A stretch of DNA of 64,000 nt from the human T2T-CHM13v2.0 reference genome, Homo sapiens, in NCBI RefSeq assembly GCF_009914755.1, contig NC_060934.1. One strand, written 5' to 3'. Position numbers and translations under genes: made by a program. Positions 51,801-62,425 of the stretch are shown here, piece by piece (positions within the stretch are counted from its first letter, which is position 1; the number at the start of each line of letters is the position of its first letter). The notes under the pieces are model-generated. The model saw only the letters and a list, made by a program, of their open reading frames with translations, made no database searches and had not been told where the DNA came from.

Positions 51801-54800
51801 CCTCCCCTCTAGACTTCTCCTCCTCCTCCCCATCCTCCCCTCTAGACTTCTCCTCCTCCTCCCCATCCTCCCCTCTAGACTTCTCCTCCTCCTCCCCATC
51901 CTCCCCTCTAGACTTCTCCTCCTCCTCCACCATCCTCCCCTCTGGACTTCTCCTCCTTCTCCCCATCCTCCCCTCTAGACTTCTCCTCCTCCTCCACCAT
52001 CCTCCCCTCTAGACTTCTCCTCCTCCTCCCCATCCTCCCCTCTAGACTTCTCCTCCTCCTCCCCATCCTCCCCTCTAGACTTCTCCTCCTCCTCCACCAT
52101 CCTCCCCTCTAGACTTCTCCTCCTCCTCCACCATCCTCCCCTCTAGACTTCTCCTCCTCCTTCCCATCCTCCCCTCTAGACTTCTCCTCCTCCTCACCAT
52201 CCTCCCCTCTAGGCTTCTCCTCCTCCTCCACCATCCTCCCCTCTAGACTTCTCCTCCTCCTCCACCATCCTCCCCTCTAGACTTCTCCTCCTCCTCCCCA
52301 TCCTCCCCTCTAGACTTCTCCTCCTCCTCCCCATCCTCCCCTCTAGGCTTCTCCTCCTCCTCCACCATCCTCCCCTCTAGACTTCTCCTCCTCCTCCACC
52401 ATCCTCCCCTCTAGACTTCTCCTCCTCCTCCACCATCCTCCCCTCTAGACTTCTCCTCCTCCTCCACCATCCTGCCCTCTAGACTTCTCCTCCTCCTCCA
52501 CCATCCTCCCCTCTAGACTTCTCCTCCTCCTCCCCATCCTCCCCTCTAGACTTCTCCTCCTCCTCCCCATCCTCCCCTCTAGACTTCTCCTCCTCCTCCC
52601 CATCCTCCCCTCTAGACTTCTCCTCCTCCTCCCCATCCTCCCCTCTAGACTTCTCCTCCTCCTCCCCATCCTCCCCTCTAGACTTCTCCTCCTCCTCCCC
52701 ATCCTCCCCTCTAGACTTCTCCTCCTCCTCCACCATCCTCCCCTCTAGACTTCTCCTCCTCCTTCCCATCCTCCCCTCTAGACTTCTCCTCCTCCTCACC
52801 ATCCTCCCCTCTAGGCTTCTCCTCCTCCTCCACCATCCTCCCCTCTAGACTTCTCCTCCTCCTCCACCATCCTCCCCTCTAGACTTCTCCTCCTCCTCCC
52901 CATCCTCCCCTCTAGACTTCTCCTCCTCCTCCCCATCCTCCCCTCTAGACTTCTCCTCCTCCTCCACCATCCTCCCCTCTAGACTTCTCCTCCTCCTCCA
53001 CCATCCTCCCCTCTAGACTTCTCCTCCTCCTCCACCATCCTCCCCTCTAGACTTCTCCTCCTCCTCCCCATCCTCCCCTCTAGACTTCTCCTCCTCCTCC
53101 ACCATCCTCCCCTCTAGACTTCTCCTCCTCCTCCACCATCCTCCCCTCTAGACTTCTCCTCCTCCTCCCCATCCTCCCCTCTAGACTTCTCCTCCTCCTC
53201 CACCATCCTCCCCTCTAGACTTCTCCTCCTCCTCCACCATCCTCCCCTCTAGACTTCTCCTCCTCCTCCCCATCCTCCCCTCTAGACTTCTCCTCCTCCT
53301 CCACCATCCTCCCCTCTAGACTTCTCCTCCTCCTCCCCATCCTCCCCTCTAGACTTCTCCTCCTCCTCCCCATCCTCCCCTCTAGACTTCTCCTCCTCCT
53401 CCACCATCCTCCCCTATAGACTTCTCCTCCTCCTCCACCATCCTCCCCTCTAGACTTCTCCTCCTCCTTCCCATCCTCCCCTCTAGACTTCTCCTCCTCC
53501 TCACCATCCTCCCCTCTAGGCTTCTCCTCCTCCTCCACCATCCTCCCCTCTAGACTTCTCCTCCTCCTCCACCATCCTCCCCTCTAGACTTCTCCTCCTC
53601 CTCCCCATCCTCCCCTCTAGACTTCTCCTCCTCCTCCCCATCCTCCCCTCTAGACTTCTCCTCCTCCTCCACCATCCTCCCCTCTAGACTTCTCCTCCTC
53701 CTCCACCATCCTCCCCTCTAGACTTCTCCTCCTCCTCCACCATCCTCCCCTCTAGACTTCTCCTCCTCCTCCCCATCCTCCCCTCTAGACTTCTCCTCCT
53801 CCTCCCCATCCTCCCCTCTAGACTTCTCCTCCTCCTCCCCATCCTCCCCTCTAGACTTCTCCTCCTCCTCCCCATCCTCCCCTCTAGACTTCTCCTCCTC
53901 CTCCCCATCCTCCCCTCTAGACTTCTCCTCCTCCTCCACCATCCTCCCCTCTAGACTTCTCCTCCTCCTCCCCATCCTCCCCTCTAGACTTCTCCTCCTC
54001 CTCCCCATCCTCCCCTCTAGACTTCTCCTCCTCCTCCCCATCCTCCCATCTAGAATTCTCCTCCTCCTCCACCATCCTCTCCTCTAGACTTCTCCTCCTC
54101 CTCCACCATCCTCCCCTCTAGACTTCTCCTCCTCCTCCACCATCCTCCCCTCTAGACTTCTCCTCCTCCTCCACCATCCTCCCCTCTAGACTTCTCCTCC
54201 TCCTCCCCATCCTCCCCTCTAGACTTCTCCTCCTCCTCCACCATCCTCCCCTCTAGACTTCTCCTCCTCCTCCCCATCCTCCCCTCTAGACTTCTCCTCC
54301 TCCTCCACCATCCTCCCCTCTAGACTTCTCCTCCTCCTCCCCATCCTCCCCTCTAGACTTCTCCTCCTCCTCCACCATCCTCCCCTCTAGACTTCTCCTC
54401 CTCCTCCACCATCCTCCCCTCTAGACTTCTCCTCCTCCTCCACCATCCTCCCCTCTAGACTTCTCCTCCTCCTCCCCATCCTCCCCTCTAGACTTCTCCT
54501 CCTCCTCCACCATCCTCCCCTCTAGACTTCTCCTCCTCCTCCCCATCCTCCCCTCTAGACTTCTCCTCCTCCTCCACCATCCTCCCCTCTAGACTTCTCC
54601 TCCTCCTCCACCATCTTCGCCTCTAGACTTCTCCTCCTCCTCCACCATCCTCCCCTCTAGACTTCTCCTCCTCCTCCACCATCCTCCCCTCTAGACTTCT
54701 CCTCCTCCTCCCCATCCTCCCCTCTAGACTTCTCCTCCTCCTCCACCATCCTCCCCTCTAGACTTCTCCTCCTCCTCCCCATCCTCCCCTCTAGACTTCT

Positions 54801-56928
54801 CCTCCTCCTCCACCATCCTCCCCTCTAGACTTCTCCTCCTCCTCCCCATCCTCCCCTCTAGACTTCTCCTCCTCCTCCACCATCCTCCCCTCTAGACTTC
54901 TCCTCCTCCTCCCCATCCTCCCCTCTAGACTTCTCCTCCTCCTCCCCATCCTCCCCTCTAGACTTCTCCTCCTCCTCCCCATCCTCCCATCTAGAATTCT
55001 CCTCCTCCTCCACCATCCTCTCCTCTAGACTTCTCCTCCTCCTCCACCATCCTCCCCTCTAGACTTCTCCTCCTCCTCCACCATCCTCCCCTCTAGACTT
55101 CTCCTCCTCCTCCACCATCCTCCCCTCTAGACTTCTCCTCCTCCTCCCCATCCTCCCCTCTAGACTTCTCCTCCTCCTCCACCATCCTCCCCTCTAGACT
55201 TCTCCTCCTCCTCCCCATCCTCCCCTCTAGACTTCTCCTCCTCCTCCCCATCCTCCCCTCTAGACTTCTCCTCCTCCTCCCCATCCTCCCATCTAGAATT
55301 CTCCTCCTCCTCCACCATCCTCCCCTCTAGACTTCTCCTCCTCCTCCACCATCCTCCCCTCTAGACTTCTCCTCCTCCTCCCCATCCTCCCCTCTAGACT
55401 TCTCCTCCTCCTCCCCATCCTCCCCTCTAGACTTCTCCTCCTCCTCCACCATCCTCCCCTCTAGACTTCTCCTCCTCCTCCACCATCCTCCCCTCTAGAC
55501 TTCTCCTCCTCCTCCACCATCCTCCCCTCTAGACTTCTCCTCCTCCTCCCCATCCTCCCCTCTAGACTTCTCCTCCTCCTCCCCATCCTCCCCTCTAGAC
55601 TTCTCCTCCTCCTCCCCATCCTCCCCTCTAGACTTCTCCTCCTCCTCCCCATCCTCCCCTCTAGACTTCTCCTCCTCCTCCCCATCCTCCCCTCTAGACT
55701 TCTCCTCCTCCTCCACCATCCTCCCCTCTAGACTTCTCCTCCTCCTCCCCATCCTCCCCTCTAGACTTCTCCTCCTCCTCCCCATCCTCCCCTCTAGACT
55801 TCTCCTCCTCCTCCCCATCCTCCCATCTAGAATTCTCCTCCTCCTCCACCATCCTCTCCTCTAGACTTCTCCTCCTCCTCCACCATCCTCCCCTCTAGAC
55901 TTCTCCTCCTCCTCCACCATCCTCCCCTCTAGACTTCTCCTCCTCCTCCACCATCCTCCCCTCTAGACTTCTCCTCCTCCTCCCCATCCTCCCCTCTAGA
56001 CTTCTCCTCCTCCTCCACCATCCTCCCCTCTAGACTTCTCCTCCTCCTCCCCATCCTCCCCTCTAGACTTCTCCTCCTCCTCCACCATCCTCCCCTCTAG
56101 ACTTCTCCTCCTCCTCCCCATCCTCCCCTCTAGACTTCTCCTCCTCCTCCACCATCCTCCCCTCTAGACTTCTCCTCCTCCTCCACCATCCTCCCCTCTA
56201 GACTTCTCCTCCTCCTCCACCATCCTCCCCTCTAGACTTCTCCTCCTCCTCCCCATCCTCCCCTCTAGACTTCTCCTCCTCCTCCACCATCCTCCCCTCT
56301 AGACTTCTCCTCCTCCTCCCCATCCTCCCCTCTAGACTTCTCCTCCTCCTCCACCATCCTCCCCTCTAGACTTCTCCTCCTCCTCCACCATCTTCGCCTC
56401 TAGACTTCTCCTCCTCCTCCACCATCCTCCCCTCTAGACTTCTCCTCCTCCTCCACCATCCTCCCCTCTAGACTTCTCCTCCTCCTCCCCATCCTCCCCT
56501 CTAGACTTCTCCTCCTCCTCCACCATCCTCCCCTCTAGACTTCTCCTCCTCCTCCCCATCCTCCCCTCTAGACTTCTCCTCCTCCTCCACCATCCTCCCC
56601 TCTAGACTTCTCCTCCTCCTCCCCATCCTCCCCTCTAGACTTCTCCTCCTCCTCCACCATCCTCCCCTCTAGACTTCTCCTCCTCCTCCCCATCCTCCCC
56701 TCTAGACTTCTCCTCCTCCTCCCCATCCTCCCCTCTAGACTTCTCCTCCTCCTCCCCATCCTCCCCTCTAGACTTCTCCTCCTCCTCCCCATCCTCCCCT
56801 CTAGACTTCTCCTCCTCCCCATCCTCCCCTCTAGACTTCTCCTCCTCCTCCCCATCCTCCCCTCTAGACTTCTCCTCCTCCTCCACCATCCTCCCCTCTA
56901 GACTTCTCCTCCTCCTCCCCATCCTCCC
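30850..56928. repeat. Giant minisatellite/VNTR of 33/34-bp units, ~26.1 kb, about 780 copies
   Basis: Uninterrupted head-to-tail CTCTAGACTTCTCCTCCTCCTCC(A)CCATCCTCCC; copy number estimated as length/33.5. Confidence 0.99.
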
Positions 56929-57684
56929 GCCTTCCCCTCCTCATTAGGACCCACGTACCCTGACTTCACCTCCTCTAATTGGTACCTGACAGAAGACTCC
57001 AGGCAGACCTGGATGAAAGTAAAACTTCTGCAGTGATACGTTTGTGACTTAAAAAGGGCTCTTCTTTAGTAATTAACAAAGAATGCATAGTGATGTGGGC
57101 ATGGAGGAAAGGGGTGGAAGTGTAGGCGTTGGCAGAGATTAGGGATGACTGTGGAGGCTTCTGCGGCCACAGCATGCCTCTGGGGAGGGCTTTGGCCGTC
57201 TGTGCTGTAAATCTTATTAGCTGGGAATGCATCTCCCTCCTTCTCCAGGGGTACTTACCATTAGGTTAGCTACACTCCATTGTCATCATGCTTGCAACTG
57301 TATTTGGACAGCAAGGTTCCTTTGAGGATCAGGTCCCAGATTTCTGTGGAGGTTTTATCTGACGTCCAAGCACAAACCTGGGTTTGTAGGTAGTGAAGCT
57401 GCCGAGGTTGCTCTTGACTGCAGCAGGGCCGGCAGTGGAAGCCACACCGGGTTCAGCGGGGACCCGGCTTCTATCTCTTGATTCAGAGCGCAGATTCTGT
57501 GTCATCCTGATAAAACCCACTTTGTCAACACACAGAGTAGGGTGAAAAAACATTAGTGATGATCTATCTGCACAACCAAGAGAGGGTGAGGTGCGTGCAT
57601 CCAATGTGGTGAATCTCCATCATGGTTGAATGCAAGGATGTGAGGACAGGCGCTGTTCTTCTTCTCCACTGTACGTCCAGCACA

Positions 57685-57880
57685 GGAAATGCTAACACTC
57701 GCATTTCTACGGCAAGCCCACGCCTATCACCTGCTGTGACTTTCACAGTAACCCTGAGAGGCGATTCATGGCATCATACCTGCTTTGCAGAAGAAGACAG
57801 TTGTTTCCAAGAGGTTAAGTCGCCTGACCAGGCCACAGAGCTAAGATGTGCCAGGGCTGGTCCTCCAAATGCCAGACATT
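57685..57880 (-). mobile_element. MIR
   Basis: TCACAGTAACCCTGAGAGG...TTTGCAGAAGAAGACA...AGAGGTTAAGTCGCCTGACCAGGCCACAGAGCTA. Confidence 0.75.
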
Positions 57881-58495
57881 CGCTTGAACTCCAGTTCTCC
57901 ACAAGCCTCTGTGCTTGCTGCCCAGAGGGACACTGAACTGAAGATGCCAGTTATTTCCTTGCTGCCTTTCTGCCCTCTTTCAGAGGGTCTTCTACAGTCC
58001 CCATGAATGGACAGATAAGTGACCCACAACTCAGGTCACTCACAGGAAGGATGACTTTCTCCATGGCCCTCTCTGCCTCTGGGAAGTGGCTGAAGTCGGT
58101 TTCCCTGCCATATCCGAGGGAGGCATCTGCAGTCAGGACGGACACACGCTGCTCCCCCGACGGCCCGGGAGCCACCAGTCCTCACTGGCCATCCTGCGGA
58201 ATGTCTCCCTGGCATTTATCACCCAGACCTGCCTCAGCTTTGATCCCCAAAGGGGAAGACATCCCTGACAGCCCCGGCCTGCTGAGCTAGTACCGCTGAT
58301 TTCAGTTCAGTGGAAGTCTCCATCTCCGTCCTATCCTGCAAACTACATTTGATAAGAAATCTCTTTGTTCTTTACAATATTTATTATTTAGTCATCCTCA
58401 CGGATGATTGGAGCTTTGGGCCCTAATTTACTTTTCTTCCCAGCTTCTTTAGAGAGAGCAAGCAAACTAGAGAAAATGCCTTCCTGTCTGTTCAG

Positions 58496-58530
58496 CAAAA
58501 CAAACAAACAAACAAACAAACAAACAAAAA
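58496..58530. repeat. (CAAA)n microsatellite
   Basis: Directly visible. Confidence 0.95.
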
Positions 58531-58999
58531 CCACTGACTTTTAGCTGACAATTACTCATCCTGTCTATCCCTGGTGTAGGACTCTGAGCTTCTCAAGGTG
58601 AGGGCCATATCTGGTCATGTTCGTCTCTTTATGGGACGGACAGTCATTCTGGAGGGGTTGCTGTCTTCATTTCTCTCAGTGCACGGAGCTACATTTGCCA
58701 GTGAACCTGGTGTCTACCACCAAATCCAACAGCCTGGGCAATGTCACTTCCCCGTCATAGGCGGGCAGGCCCATTGGCTGGGTTGGTGTCAAGGACGTTC
58801 CTCTGTTAGGGGAGGATGCAAGGACTGGAGTAGAAAGTTTGGATGTTCTTTTTGCCACTGAAGGCCCATCCATAGGTGAGACCCTGACCTGACTTGAGGC
58901 TCGAACACTAGACCAGTTTGAATGGGTGTCCATGGGGGAGAAGCTGAGCTGGCTCTGGGTCTGGGCACCAGGCCAGTGTGAATGAATGTCCCTGCTCTC

Positions 59000-59075
59000 C
59001 TCCTCATAGCTCTGAGGCTTCAGGACAATCATGTGGGCTCTTTGAGCTCAGTGTCCTCATCCATAAAGTGAGGCG
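59000..59075 (+). mobile_element. MIR core fragment
   Basis: CTTTGAGCTCAGTGTCCTCATCCATAAAGTGAGG. Confidence 0.55.
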
Positions 59076-59773
59076 ACCGTGTCGACCCACATGGTGGTGG
59101 TGAAGATAAGTGGACAGCACCCAGGGGTCCATAGGCTCCCGGTGAGGGTCACGGCTATGCACTGAGTGGGGTGTGCCAAAAGGATGCTGTGGGAGGCACA
59201 TGAACTTCCAGAGAGGCCCCCTCCAGGCTGGCCGCTGTCCCCCGCGGGGTGGAAGACAGGCACCAGCATGGACCCCGGCATCTTTCCCTCTGCATGCCTC
59301 CTGAGGTCACTTCTGCTGTCTTTGCAGGGAGTGACACCTGAAGGTAAGGACAGCTGTGCCCAAGCCGAGACCTGGGGACTCCCTAACCTGCACTCCAGGG
59401 ATAAGCCTGGCTCCAGTCCAAGCCCAGAGCTGGAAGGGCCGCGGCAGAGGCAAACCCAGACCAGGTGGGGCCTCCACCACCCGCTCGGACTTGGGCTGGA
59501 GGACCCCAATCAACAGATAGTTAGTAGTGACATCAGCTGTGGGGCCACGCTGCCCGTGTATCTGACAGCCAGCTCTGGAAGGATGGCAGCCAGGTGAGGT
59601 GTGGGCATTGAGTCTGTGGCCAGCCGTATATAAATACACTCTTGCTTTTGGTAACCATATGCTATAATTTTTCTAAGATAAAGGCCATAAAACAACAATA
59701 GAAATAATAACTGCTTGTTTGGCAAATGAAGAAGAACAGGTCTATTTTCCCATCTGGAGTCTTGCAGTTTAAA

Positions 59774-59785
59774 GCCGCCATCTTT
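59774..59785 (-). promoter_or_regulatory. YY1 consensus site (candidate)
   Basis: GCCGCCATCTTT is the reverse complement of AAAGATGGCGGC; motif match only. Confidence 0.4.
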
Positions 59786-61199
59786 ATTCCCCCTGTCACC
59801 TAACTTTGACTGTAATAATACTGTCCCTTAGAGACATGCCATAAACCACCTCCTCGCTTCTGAGACAGTCATAGAATTCCCAGTATAGAACGCAAAGAGC
59901 GCAGTTTAGAGGAGGGGGGAATATTTTATGACTAGTTTGAAAATGTTCTTGCTGCAGCTATAAATTAATAAGTTGAATTACTCCCATATTGGGTATTGAT
60001 AGACTCTGTGTGGTGAAGACATTTCTCTGAAACACATTGCACACTGCAGACGGTGGGGCACCATGCCTGTGGACCATAGTGGAGACAGCCAGGGCCAAGG
60101 ACAGCCTTGGCCTCAGAGCTTGGAGAAGACAGGAAAAGGGTAAGAAAGGGACTACCAGGTGAGTGACATCCTTGTGGAGGCCAGAATTCCGGTCACAGGG
60201 CTCTTGGCACTTTGTGGATGCCCTGGCTTAGTGGTGTTTCTCCAGCTGGGGTGCAGTGGCGCACCCAGCTCAGCTCACAGGCTTTGCCTCAGGGAGGAGC
60301 AGGGCCAGTGTGGCTCTGAACCCCACCCCCATTTCCAGTCCTTAGTCTACTTCTGAGATGCTCAGTTGCTTTTTGGGGTGACCTTTGACACGTTTTAGAC
60401 CCCCTTTTTCCCTGAGCTTCCTACCTCTCCATTAAGTTGTTCTGGTTTAGAGGTAATAACTCTTAGGTAGGCAGGAAGCCACCTTCTTAAGCCATCTGGA
60501 GGGTGGGTCCTTCTGGGAAATGATTTATTCTTTCCAAGGGTGAGTAACCAGCCAGCTGCCAAGTGAGGCCCAACGCAGGAGGGTGGACTCGACGTCGGGT
60601 CCAGTTCCCCTGCACCCATTCAGAGGCAGGTTATTCACAGAATTCACCAAACTTTGCAGGAGCCACAACCACATGCCCCAGAATGGGGTGAGGGTAGCTT
60701 CCCTGCCTCCTTCTCATGGCGGCTCCATGTGGAATTGGAGAGCATTTTGAAAGCTGTAAAGTCATCTCTAAGAAACCCATGGAAGGCATCCCTTTATTAT
60801 TAGCAGGTGGAATGTTCGTAAAGAAAGCTCCTTTGCCCAGACCAATTCGTGCAAGCAAAAACAAAGTCGGTAAACCATGCCAGAATCACACCACTAAACA
60901 AACAAAAGGCAAGAGCAGATTGACCAATTTGCTTGTTAATACAAGCTGGTGGCAAGAGCTTATAAGGGCCTGAGACCACGTTTACAGGAACCTGGTGTTT
61001 GCTCACAGTTGGCCACTGGCCCCCGTCTGTTGGTCAAGTTGTGCAGTCCCATCAGCTGAGCTCACAGGCACGGAAGAGATAATTTGCCATCTCTTGGCAA
61101 ATGCCCTCACCATTTACTTTGTTGATCAACTCTCTCAAACACGATGGACTATTATTGGCCATGATTTTAAGTTATAAAAGGGCCCTTAGTGATTGTCCC

Positions 61200-61320
61200 T
61201 CCAGACTTCCCACCCTACTGATGAGGAAGCTGAGCTCCCAGAGGCCCTGGGTCATACAGTGGAGGGTGCTGGGACCAGGACTGAAACCCAGGCCTCTAAC
61301 CTGGCTGTCCATCCTCTCGG
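61200..61320 (-). mobile_element. MIR
   Basis: CTGATGAGGAAGCTGAG...GGTCATACAG...GGACCAGGACTGAAACCCAGGCCT. Confidence 0.7.
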
Positions 61321-61829
61321 CTGGGCTTCCATGCATTGCCCTGAGCAGTTGGAATCATTTCTTCACCATTCTTTGGTTCCAGACTCCAGTGTCTGTAAAG
61401 CAATGTGCTCCTAAACACAGGAATGAGACTGTGGTGAGTGCATGTGGCCGCGGGAGCTCACTGGAAGCAACCCAGAGGAACCAGGCAGCTACCCACCATG
61501 GGTGCATCGGATCCCCCTGTGTAGACCTTGGGCCCTGGGAGTGGAACAAGCTTGTTTCTGTGGTTGCTGGTGACAGCAAAAGGCCCCGCTGCCTGGCTCA
61601 CCTGTTTGGTGTCCCCCACCTGTCCTCCCTTGGTGCATGGGAACTGAACTCTTGTGGCTGGGCCTCAGCAAGGCTCCGTCCTTGCCCAAACACCAGCTCC
61701 TTCTTTCCTCTCCCAGTAAGCACTGACCAGTCCCTAGGGACACTGTTCAAAGGCTACTCCCTGGTGGAGCCTCCTGGTCCCTCAAGGCTCTGTCCTCTGT
61801 CCCTCCTGCCACTCACCTGGCCTCTAGGG

Positions 61830-61945
61830 AGCCCTGAGTGCCTAGTCTTCATGACCACCTCTGTCCCTGGAAAGGGGGCTTCTCTCTTTCCCCCTTGTAT
61901 CCTCACAGCCTGGCACTCACTAGGCCAGTGGTAAGTGCTAGACGG
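61830..61945 (+). mobile_element. L2 3' end fragment
   Basis: TTGTATCCTCACAGCCTGGCAC...TGGTAAGTGCT. Confidence 0.5.
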
Positions 61946-62015
61946 CATGCCAAGAACGTTGCCTCTGACAACGTCACTCAGCCCCATCCCCCACGGTAAC
62001 TTCCGTGCTGGGAGG

Positions 62016-62425
62016 TGATAGAGTTCAGATGTTTGCTCCCCCCAGGTCTCATGTTGAATGTAATCCTCAGTGTTGGAGGCGGGGCTTGGTGGGAAGTGCT
62101 TGCGTCATGGAGGTGGATCCCTCAGGAAAGGCTGAGGAGCCGCCGTAATGAGTGAGTGCCCTCTCTGTTCATCTGTGCAAGGGCTGATTGTGGAAAAGAA
62201 CCTGGCCCCTTTCTCCACTCTCTCCCTTTCCTCCTCTCTCACCATGCGATGCCTGCTCCCCTTTCTTTTCTGCCACAAGTGGCAGCAGCCTGAGACCTCA
62301 CGGGACGCAGATGCCGGCACCATGCTTCCTGTACAGCCTGCAGAACCGTGACCAAATAAACCCCTTTTCTTTATAAATTACGCGGCCTCAGCGGCTCCTT
62401 GTAGCGACCCAAGCCGACCAAGACA
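62016..62425 (+). mobile_element. MaLR solo LTR (MSTA/MSTB family)
   Basis: TGATA...TCTCATGTTGAATGTAATCC...GCAGATGCCGGCACCATGCTTCCTGTACAGCCTGCAGAACCGTGA...AATAAACC...TTTATAAATTAC...AGACA. Confidence 0.9.

Noticed and set aside
30846-56922. Dozens of MGRRRRSLEGR / GEEEEKSRGED ORFs as a protamine-like or acidic repeat protein gene
   Set aside because: These are direct translations of the tandem unit; frequent 34-bp units shift frame into a stop, and there is no frame conservation or gene structure
30850-56928. CRISPR-like array (33-34 bp repeats)
   Set aside because: Units are contiguous with no unique spacers, there are no cas genes, and the context is primate DNA
30850-56928. SVA element or telomere-like repeat (unit contains CCCTCT)
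   Set aside because: No (CCCTCT)n hexamer run, Alu-like domain, SINE-R or poly(A), and no TTAGGG
30850-56928. PRDM9 13-mer CCNCCNTNNCCNC in each unit
   Set aside because: The best matches I found (CCTCCCCATCCTC, CCACCATCCTCCC) satisfy only 7 of 8 fixed positions, which is expected in C-rich DNA; a PWM scan and ChIP data would be needed
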